Shown: in pieces, positions 27,129 to 37,284 of the stretch | How the letters are laid out: each line of letters begins with the position of its first letter | How positions within the stretch are numbered: the stretch's first letter is position 1 | Source: Macrostomum lignano | Lineage: Eukaryota | DNA: 64,000 nucleotides | Assembly: GCA_002269645.1 (NCBI GenBank) | Contig: NIVC01000594.1 | Span: 1 to 64,000, forward strand | Direction: 5' to 3' | Notes under the pieces: model-generated | Told to the model about the DNA's origin: nothing | The model's database searches: none | What the model saw: the letters and a program-made list of their open reading frames with translations, nothing else | Translations under genes and position numbers: made by a program

Positions 27129-30100
27129 ATAGAGTTAGGAGGTTTTAATTTTTTCAGCACAAAAATTGTTTTTGCTTTTGATAGGAGGCAGATCCAGTGT
27201 TCATCTTTTGATATGTTCTGCCTTTCTTATTGCTCTATATCGATATTCATAAAGCTTTTCCTTCAGAAATAGTTTTAAAGCAGGTTTCACCGAAAAAATA
27301 CATTACGGAAATTAGAAATTTCACGATTTTCAACACTAAAACAGTGATTGGGTCTCTTAACAGTGTCAGAGAAAGTTCTAATCAAGCTATTTTGTGCCTC
27401 ACATGCTGCCTTAACGATGCATTAATCGATTTTTCAGGTTAAATTGGTCTGTCATTATTAAAAAAGTTTTTTTCAAGTGACAGACCATTTTATATATATT
27501 TACGCTTTATTTTTACAGAGTTTCATTGTCGTTCGTAAACTTTGTTGGGTTGACATTTTGTTGTTTTATCGCAGCTTTCTAGGAACTTTTTAGATTTAAA
27601 TTATCAAAAATTTATTTAAATTTCAGGTATCGCATATCGCCAGCTCTTTTACATGCCATACTGTAAAATTCTTCGAGAAGCAGATTAGCCATAGCAGTAG
27701 AGATAGAGGCAAAGATTTGGAGCAAGTCAAGAGTTGAGTATTGGTGTTGTGGCTCATAAATGAAGGGATGGAATTAGGGGATTAAGGACTGAGAAGTTTG
27801 TGTTTGAAGAGTAGAAATTTTTATGGATTGTGGGATTGTGCCTCAAATGAGGGAGTTTAGGATGGGATACCCGGATAACACGGCATATCTTGAAGAAAGG
27901 TGGGGGCGCTTAAGCATTCGCGAACACATTGTGCTCAGATTGAGTAATGGGGCTTTAACTTAGGAGGCTTTGGAGCTTTAGCCTTTAGGAGCGGCATGAG
28001 CCTTGGTCCTTGGAGGCTTTAGGAGACTTAAAGCATTAAGAATCTGGTTTATGGAACGTGGATTTGGGGCTGCTAATTCCCACAAACTAGGAGGAGCCAT
28101 GGAATTGGCATTTGATATAGGCCCCATTAATATATTACAAATAGTAAATATCACATGTGCTTCTGCTTCTAACAGTGAGTTTAGCTAGACATTTCTATAT
28201 AGGGCAGGCCTAGGTTTAATCATTGCAATTCATGGCTTGACCAAAGCACTTACCTGTGTGGCAGTTTTTTTCAAGAAAATAGCTATAACAATGCAACTTG
28301 CTATGAATATGGCAAAGCAATTTAGCTATTTAAACTTTTTATTGTTGTGAATCATTTTTTCTCACTTTATTTAAATATATAGGCCTACTATATAGCTATT
28401 GGCCCTGCCTTTTCTACTTAGGCCTATAAATAGAAAAATGAAAGTTAGTCCATATTTATAATTTCTTTGATAATAATTTATACAAAATGAATTCATTTAC
28501 CTATTATTTAGTATTAGGCCTAGGCTATTGGCAAATGATTGATAAGTAGTCTTTCTTAACAAAGGCCACACCACCCCTTATATTAGGCCTATACTATAGC
28601 CCATATATGCCTAACACCTGTCCAAACCAGACAGGTGAAATGGCAGCCAACCAAGGTAAGTCCCAAAATCAAGAAAATTAGGGGAAAAAGGAGAGGAAAG
28701 GAATAGAAAAAGAAAAGAAAGGAGGGAAATAGAGAAAAAGGAAAGAAAAAAGAGAAAAAAGCAAGAAAAGTCATATATAAAGTGAAAAAAAGTTGTAATT
28801 GGGAGAACTAAGTTGTAATCAAGAAGAACTAAGTCACAAATCTAGACAAAACTAAGTTGCACCAGATGGATGAAATTTTGAGGTTGGGCATATATGCTAT
28901 AGCCTATGACATGACATATTCTGGATTATATAATATATGTCTAAAAATTTGGGTATGCATTGGCCTTGCCTGCCAAAAGTAGGCATATATAGTTGGTGTG
29001 TATCACTCCTAAAAAAAGGTGTCCACACTCTGGATTATGTAGTATATACCCAAAAATTTGGGCATGCATTGGCCATGCACTCAAAAAGTAGGCGTGCACA
29101 ATTGACATGCATTGCTCCTAAGAAAATAGTGTGCATGCACACCTGGCATTGTGGCATGCACTTTATAGAATCATGTGGTAGAATTAGTATTAAGTAGAAA
29201 AATAGATAAAAAAGTTCATTTAAAGGCATAAATTTCAAGTTTTATAGTCTTTTAAGCTTATTATAAAGTATTTACACAAATTTTTACATATTTATTTTCT
29301 GCTATAATTAGTATCATTGAAAAACTATAAAAATCAATGAAATTATATGCCAAGCCAAAAAGTCTAATACATAATTCAAAAAAGTTCATTTATTGTCACA
29401 ATGTAAAAAAGGTCATTTATTGTGGCAACACTAGCGTAGTTTTGGGAATAGGCATGCATGCAAGTTTTTTTGGTATGTATTTGTAATTATTTAATTTTTG
29501 TTTAAGTGTGCACCTAGCATGATTCAGACTATGGAATTGTATGCATGCACATCTTGCGTGCACTTAATAGAATCACATAGAAGAGTAAGTGTTAAGTAGA
29601 AAAAAGATAAAGAAAATTAAAGCTTTATTTTCAACCTTTCTAGATTTTTAAGCTTATAATAAGGCATTTAAACAAATCTTTGTATGTATCAATTTTTTAT
29701 TATAAATAGTATCACTGAAAAATCAGAAAAACAAACCAAATTATCTGCCAAAAGGTTCTTTTACACAATTCAAAAAAGTTCATTTATTGTTGCAACACTG
29801 ATATAGTTTTGTGAATGGGTCTATATATATATACATTTTTTGGTGTGCATTTGTAATTATTATTTAATTTTTGTTTAAGCTTGCACCTAGCATGATTCGG
29901 ACTATGAATGACATGACATTTAGATAATAAAAGGGAAGAGAAAGCTACAAGACATTTCTTTCATCCTGCAAAGTTAAATTAGTGAGTTTACTGAGACAGA
30001 AATGTGAAAATAAAAAAGTAAAATAATACACATTTTCTAGTTTAAAAAATAACCTCAATAAGTATAACTAAGAAAAAGAAATAACTTAATAAGCTAATTA

Positions 30101-30679
30101 TCTAACAATGTATTATATAAATAGATTGGTTTATTGGTTAAAAAGTTAATTTTTTTAAACTAAACATATTTTTTATTTAAAACTAGAAATTGAGTCCAAA
30201 TTCATAAAAAAGGGTACTATAAAAATAAAAAATTGATTTTTTGTATAGAAATATAGTAAACAGAGTTTAAACAATTAAAAAAAACTATTTTATATTAAAT
30301 TTACTATTTAAAACATTTTGATAATGAAAAAAATATTTTTTTAAATTTTAGTTAATATTTTTAGCCATTAAAAATCAAAGCATTTTTGTATTTTGCTGGT
30401 TTTGGCATGGTTTTCAATTTTCCATTTGATTTCCTATACAAAATGATTATATATGGTATAAAAAGCTTTGCCTAGAACTTGTTGCTTACTAAAATTGATA
30501 TCATAAAAATATATGCAAATTCCTATGGTAAGTTATAGGTCCTAGTTTTTTATTTTGAAAAAGTAAAAAAGATAGCTCTATTTTTTATTTTTCATTTAAA
30601 ATCAATATAGAAATAAGTTGGGTAAAATAGCATACCCCTATACATGTTGCAGTGATAAAAATTTAGTGTTTTTTGTTAT

Positions 30680-31829
30680 AACAACAACAACAACAAGTTA
30701 CGCCCCAGGGTCGGTGTTGGGCGTCACAGGTCGCGTCTCAGAGCACGGGAGCGGAGAAAGTCCGGTCCACCGGCCTGGTCGGGGGCGCCAGCATCGGCCA
30801 GCAGGCAGTCCGGATACCACCGAGTGCGCGCCTGCCCCGCCAGAAGGGCGCCGGGAGCGCAAGCAGCAGCGCTTCCTGCGCCGGCTCGGGGCAGTACACC
30901 TCAGCGCGGATGAGGTGGCCTGCCAGCTGGAGCCGCCGGCGGCGGAGCAGATCGAGCTCGGGCGTACAGTGCCGCATTGGTGACATGCTCGCCGCCGCCG
31001 ATCTTGAAGGCAGCGCGCAGCAGTCCGGCGTGCGCCGCGTCGACCTGTCGCTCGAGCGTCTCCGTCAGCGTCCATGTTTCAGCGTTGTAGAGCAGGACGG
31101 TCTCGATCACCGCCTGGAACAACGCCGAGCGCTGGCGGTCTGGCAGGGCCACAGAGTGCAGGACGGTCCTCATGGAGTTGAAGGCCGCCCAAGCGAGTCC
31201 ATGGCGACGCCTCAGGTCGTCGAAGGCGTCAGGTACCAGGCCGCCGAGGTCACGAACTGCTGAACGCGCGGCAGCAGCGTTGCCTGCCCATCAGCACCTC
31301 GGCAGTAGATGTCGGCTTGCATGTTGGTGGGCATGGTGAGCACGACGGTCTTTTGCGTGTTGATCACCAGGCCGACGCTCGCAGCAACGCCAACCAGACG
31401 GTCCAGCTGACGTTGGGCGCCCTCGTCGGTTGAGGACAGCAGGGCGAGATCATCGGCGTAGCCCAGGATGCTGAGGCGACGCTCTGGCTTGCGGCGGCCC
31501 TACGGCGTTGCAGGAGGAAGCCATCGTCGGCTGTTGGTAGGGCAGTCCGCAGCACCCAGTCCAGAACCAGTACAAATAGGAAGGGCGCCAGCGTGTCCCC
31601 CTGGAGCACTCCGGATGACGTGTCGAAGGTGTCCGAGAGGCCGTCTGGCGTCACCACCGCAGCTCTGGTGTTCTGGTACAGCGCCATCGTAGCACTGACT
31701 AGTTGCTGCGGCACGTTGTACGCTCTGAGCACCAGTGGAAGCGCGCTTCTGGCAACCGAGTCGAAAGCCTTCCTGAAGTCGACGAAGACCACAATCAGGC
31801 TTGGCTGGCGTGTGCGCGCCTCCTCGATG
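30680..31829 (-). mobile_element. 5'-truncated RTE-type LINE, reverse transcriptase pseudogene
   Basis: VFVDFRKAFDSV, GVLQGDTLAPFLF, LGYADDLAL, GLVINTQKT, VLLYNAETWTLT, LQLAGHLIR; several frameshifts; (TTG)n tail at 30680-30697. Confidence 0.92.
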
Positions 31830-32631
31830 ACTCAATACAATTTGCATTATATATTGCTGTTTTATATAACAGCACAAGTAAATATGCATACCTTATCAGA
31901 TTCTTATCTGGAACTTTAAAATTTAAATGCTTTTGAAAAATGTGTAAAAAAGAAAAAAAATAAGAGCAATGGAAAGTAGAGAGGGGAGAACAAAGAGAGG
32001 AGAAAAGTGAGGAGAAAAGAGAGGAAAGAGAAGACAAGATAATATATGAGAGGAGAAAAGAAAATAGGGAGGAGAGATAATAGAGAAAGTAGCAAGAGTA
32101 GAGAGGAAAGAAGAGTTAGGAAAGGAGAAAAGTTTCAAAGGTTTCAAATCCTAATTTATCATGCATTTTATACCAATTTTGTCTATTATTTTATGCATTA
32201 AATGCTCTAACTTTTTTGCCAAATTTATAATCTGAAGCTGAAACATATCAAATAATTACAGTCTAGCAAAGTATTTGGTCATGTATAAAAAGTAAGGAAA
32301 ATATGTTGATAAATCGATTGCGTACAAACAAGATTTTCATTTTTAGTATATGGACTTTATACTTCACAAAATGGCACAATATGTACTGTTGAAGAGTAGT
32401 ATGCCCCATTAAGTAAAATATATTCTGTTACTATAAATAAAGTGTTGGCACAGAGCTAATAAAATTTGATGATTGTCTTAGGTTGATCTCTGTTTAAAAA
32501 TCTCTGTCAACTGGCTCTGCTTTTCTGCTTGAAACAGTGAAAAACCTGCTATTGTTCTGCGCCTGACCTGCTGCTTCTATTGGCTAATCAGCCAGTATTC
32601 ACCCAGTTCTTTCCAAAGCAGCATCTTAGCT

Positions 32632-35600
32632 ATGGAAGACACATCTCAGCAGCAGCAGAGCCGGCTCTACCGGGTGTTACATCTCCTCTAAGCCTGGCGG
32701 GACCCACTGAGGATGACCTGAAGGAGACCAGATACCTGGAGGACATGCTAATCCGCATGGAGGTATTCGAGAGCGGAGAAGGCATGATGCTGAGAAGCAG
32801 CACTCTGCTGTTCCTGCAGACTCTGGCGTGCGAATGGATTCGAGAGATTGCACTGATCAAGTCCATACCGAGTCACGTGGCTGAAACTGTGAGAATTGCG
32901 GCCGCCTTTCATTTTGAAACCCGAAAGCACAGCCAGCGCTTTGCTTGAGCCATAAATACACATTTGTTTGTGCATCGACTTAAACTGATTTTTTTGCGTT
33001 TTAAACGATGGACTCACGACTTGAAGGTCGGGGTTCGATTCCCGATCCCACTGGAACAATTTGTGTCCTTGAGCAAGACGTATAACTCTGTTTTGCTTCA
33101 ATTCACCCAGCTGTAAAATGGGTGCCAGTATTAGCTGAGGTAATTGAGGCTGTGTTTGGCGATGGCGACCCCCCCAGTCCTTGGACTGAACAGCCGTACG
33201 CAGCCTTCAAATGCGCGCGCAATACTCGATGAAAACGTACCCAGGCCAAGAAGCGTCCCGGAGTCACTTGCGTCGCCCATAATTATTTCAGACGCGCTGC
33301 AGATGACACAGGTTAAATGGGACAGAAGTGATTCTAAACGACTCTAAAACGACGACATGTCACGGTACAAGTTGCCAAAAAGTCGTAAAAGAGTCGCCCC
33401 AAAATCACTTTGAAGCGTTTTATTGTCTGCGACTCTGACAGGATTCTGGCGTGACTCTAGCAACTCTGGGGCGATGGTATAACGATTCTGGGGCCGCAGA
33501 GTCGTATTTGAGGCGTTCCAGAGTCCCATTAGAGTCACTGAGTTGTGTTTGAAGCGCATTTACGTCGCTTGATGAATTAGAATCGAATTTCCAGCGTTTC
33601 AGCGGCGTTCTGCAGTCGCTAAAAAGTCGCAGAAGAAGCGCTTTAGCGTCACTGTAGAATCGTTAGTGCATCACTTCTGAGGCGTTCTGGATGCGTTACA
33701 GAGTCGTTACTACCGGCCTTAAATAGACTGCTGGATCGTCATTTCTGGGCAAATAGAAAACGCATGCTAATCGACTCAGAAGTGCAACAGCCGCCTCTCC
33801 GTCGCATTTGACGCGCTTGAGTTGTTAAAAAGTCACAAGAGTCGCCCCAGGCACACTAGAGTCACTAAATAGTTGTTAGCAACACACGTAAGTCGCTATT
33901 AGACAGAATAGTAGTCACGTGACTGCTATCAGCCAATAGCGACTTACATCTTTGCGTTGCCAATAGAAATGGCCGGGTGACTCCCAAGGTTGCGCATTTT
34001 GCTCGTATGTTATTATTTGTTTATACTGTACAAATCAATTCTCTACTAATATTGCCGTAAGTATGTTTTGAGACTAGTCTTCATATTTTGTTTGCACCAG
34101 GTTGGCGGCAAGATATTCGCATTCGGTAGCTACCGCCTCGGCGTCAACAGCCGCGGCGCCGACGTTGACGCTGTGCTAGTCTCGCCTCGGTTCGTTGAGC
34201 GACACGAATTCTTCGAACAGTTCCCAGCCCGCCTGAAGGAGCACCCGGACTGTTCCGAGCTGCACGCCGTCAGCGACGCTTTCGTGCCAGTCATCAAGAT
34301 GACTTTCCGCTCAGTTGACATCGATCTGCTATTTGCCAAGCTAGACCTGCCAACCATTCCGGATGATATTGACCTTCGAGCCAACACAGAGACTCTGCTG
34401 CGCAATATGGACGAGCAGTGCGTCAGATCTATCAATGGCTGCCGGGTCACTGATGAGATCCTGCATCAGGTTTGCTTATGGGCGCTTGCTTGCTCTCCAA
34501 TCAGGTGCCGAGCTGAGTCAGCAACCCTTTCCTCTCCCCCTGCCCGCTCTCCGCCAATCAGGTGCCAAGCTTAGTCAGCAACCCTTTTCTCTCCCCTGAC
34601 CGCTCTCCGCCAATTAGGTGCCGAGCTGAGTCAGCAACCCTTTCCTTCCCCCCTGTCTGCTCTTTTCCAATCAGGTGTCAGCAAGCCTTTCTTCCCCCTG
34701 CGTGCTCTCCGCCAATCAGGTGTCAGCAATCCTTTTCTCTCCCCTGCCCTCTCTCCGTCAATCAGGTGTAAGCAACCCTTTTCCCTCCGCCCGCTCCTCC
34801 AATCAGGTGCCGAGCTCAGTCAGCAACCCTTTCCTCTCTTCCCTATTCACCAATCAGAAGCCGAATTTAGTCAGCAACCCCTTCCTCTCCCCCTGCCTTC
34901 TCTCGGCCAATCAGGTGCCGAGCTGAGTCAGCAACCCTTTTCTCTCCTCTGACCGATCTCCGCCAATCAGGTGCCGAGCTGAGTCAGCAACCCTTTGCTT
35001 TCCCCTGTCTGCTCTTCGCCAATCAGGTGTCAGCAAGCCTTTCTTCCCCCCTGCCCGCTCTCCGCCAATCAGATGTCAGCAATCCTTTTCTCTCCCCTGC
35101 CCTCTCCCCGTCAATCAGGTGTAAGCAACCCTTTTCCCTCCGCCCGCTCCTCCATTCAGGTGCCAAGCTCAGTCAGCAACCCTTTCCTCTCTTCCCTATT
35201 CACCAATCAGAAGCCGAATTTAGTCAGCAACCCCTTCCTCTCCCCCTGCCTTCACTCGGCCAATCAGGTGCCGAGCTGAGTCAGAAACCCTTTCCTTCCT
35301 CTTCCCCTGCCAATCAGGTGCCGAATCCGGAGAACTTCCGCGTCGCCCTAAAAGTAATTCGTATCTGGGCCAAGAAGCGCGGCATCTACAGCAACGCGAT
35401 GGGCTTCCTCGGCGGCGTCAGCTGGGCCATCCTGCTGGCTCGCATTGCCCAGCTGTATCCCAACGCCGCGCCAAACGTGCTCATAATGCGCTTCTTCTAT
35501 GTCCTAACTCGCTGGGATTGGCCCAAGCCGGTGGAGCTGTGCGAACTGACGCCTCCTAATTTGCACTTTCCCGAATGGGATCCGCGCACCAATTTGAAAG

Positions 35601-37284
35601 ACAAATACCACCTAATGCCCATCATCACGCCGGTGTATCCGCGCCAGAATTCAACGTACAACGTGAGCCACTCTACTAAGCAGGTCATACTGGACGAACT
35701 GGAGCGCGGCCGTCAGATCACTAGCGACATTCTATTCAAACGCAAAACCTGGGAGGACCTGTTGCAGTCTAAGAATTTCTTTGAAAGCTACAAGCATTTC
35801 GTTATCGTAATTGCCTCGAGTGACACTGCAGAGCTCCACTTGGACTTTCACGGCCTGGTTGAGTCCCAGCTGCGCAAGCTGGTGCTGTCGTTTGAGCAAA
35901 ACGGCGCCATAGCCAGGGCTCACGTCAACACAAAGAGCTACGGCCGGTCCAGCGACTCCGACCCGCAGCACGTCAGCAAATGGATTATTGGCATCATGTT
36001 TCGCAAGATTGCCGATGCTGGCAAGAAGCTTAATGTTGATCTCACCTATGATATTTCTAATTTTATTAAACAAATCAATAGCATGACTGCCAGTTCGCAG
36101 CTTCACCTGAACGTTGAGTACTCGAGGCCGAAGGGTCTAATGCAGTTTCTGCCCAAGTCTGAGCACCCGCTTCTAATTAGAAAGCATGCGTCTAAAGCTA
36201 GTAAGTGACTGCGCTGGAGGGTGATTGGAAATCAGATTGCCAGTTGAGTCAGAGACACCCAGCTTGAGTCAGGGACACCCAGCTTGAGTCAGAGACACCC
36301 GGGTTGAGTCAGAGACACCCAGCTTGAGTCAGAGACACCCAGCTTGAGTCAGAGACAACCAGGTTGAGTCAGGGACACCAAGCTTGAGTCAGACACCCAG
36401 CTTGAGTCAGGGACACCCAGCTTGAGTCGGGGACACCCAGCTTGAGTCAGGGACACCCAGCTTGAGTCGGGGACACCCAGCTTGAGTCAGGGACACCCAG
36501 CTTGAGTCAGGGACACCCAGCTTGAGTCAGGGACACCCAGCTTGAGTCAGAGACACCCAGCTTGAGTCAGGGACACCCAGCTTGAGTCAGAGACACCCGG
36601 GTTGAGTCAGAGACACCCAGCTTGAGTCAGGGACACCCAGCTTGAGTCAGGGACACCCAGCTTGAGTCAGGGACACCCAGCTTGAGTCAGAGACACCCAG
36701 CTTGAGTCAGAGACACCCAGCTTGAGTCAGGGACACCCAGCTTGAGTCAGAGACACCCAGCTTGAGTCAGGGACACCCAGCTTGAGTCAGAGACACCCAG
36801 CTTGAGTCAGGGACACCCAGCTTGAGTCAGGGACACCCAGCTTGAGTCAGAGACACCCGGGTTGAGTCAGGGACACCCAGCTTGAGTCGGGGACACCCAG
36901 CTTGAGTAAGGGACACCCGGGTTGAGTCAGGGAAGCCCAGCTTGAGTCGGGGACACCTAACATTTCTACATCCCCTGGTCCTCCACCCGCACAGGCGGCG
37001 CGGACAAGCAGGCGGCTCAGCAGTCGAAGCCCCCGCAGCCGTCCAGGCAGTCGTCGGCGCAGGCCGCCGCTAGCGGTGGCGACAGTCCTTCGTCTTCTTC
37101 GGCCCAGGCGCAGTCTAAGAGGCCCCACAGTCCTACAGCCGTTGTCTCCGCGGTTGACGCCGCCAATTCTGCCTCGGTGGAGTCGGCAGCCACCACCGAC
37201 AGCGTCGGTCCAGACGGCGACACCGACGTTGGCGCACAGGCGGCTAAGCGTCCGGCCCTCAGCCTTGACGCGGAGGCCTCCTAG
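32632..37284 (+). CDS. PAPOLA: Canonical poly(A) polymerase (PAP alpha/gamma family), with an apparent frameshift at 32671-32672
   Basis: Exons 32632-32888, 34101-34469, 35318-36200, 36995-37284 (TAG). Motifs GVTSPLSLAGPT, GGKIFAFGSYRLGV, GADVD, VDIDLLFA, RSINGCRVTDEIL, WAKKRGIYSNAMGFLGGVSWA, HLMPIITPVYPRQNSTYNV. The catalytic Asp triad is intact. Confidence 0.93.
33010..33225 (+). mobile_element. Second copy (5'- and 3'-truncated) of the tRNA-derived SINE, in PAP intron 1
   Basis: B box GGTTCGATTCC and GTGTCCTTGAGCAAGAC...CACCCAGCTGTAAAATGGGTGCCAG...GAACAGCCGTA shared with 5545-5853. Confidence 0.75.
33340..33995. mobile_element. Probable non-autonomous element rich in GTCGC/GACTC motifs, ending in a terminal repeat shared with 45119-45153
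   Basis: 33961-33995 CAATAGAAATGGCCGGGTGACTCCCAAGGTTGCGC matches 45119-45153. The left end is not defined. Confidence 0.45.
34490..35317 (+). repeat. Intronic tandem repeat built from the PAP intron 2 acceptor/exon 3 junction
   Basis: Units of about 45-58 bp each contain a pyrimidine tract plus CCAATCAG|GTG; the last copy is the real acceptor (35317/35318). Confidence 0.9.
36245..36960 (+). repeat. Minisatellite, 20 bp unit AGCTTGAGTCAGGGACACCC, in PAP intron 3
   Basis: About 35 tandem units visible. Confidence 0.95.

Noticed and set aside
27610-28120. Minus-strand pseudo-ORF of about 170 codons with 4 stops (ending STLDLLQIFASISTAMANLLLEEF)
   Set aside because: No recognisable family motif; revertibility of stops to CAA/CGA is uninformative because all stops begin with T.
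28070-32560. AT-rich blocks as contaminant or chimeric sequence
   Set aside because: The same composition extends into SLC35C1 exon 1, which splices in frame to GC-rich exons, and boundaries are gradual; not fully excluded without reads.
35027-35317. N-terminal part of the 393-aa ORF fused to PAP
   Set aside because: Intronic repeat read-through; PAP homology begins at the acceptor 35317/35318.
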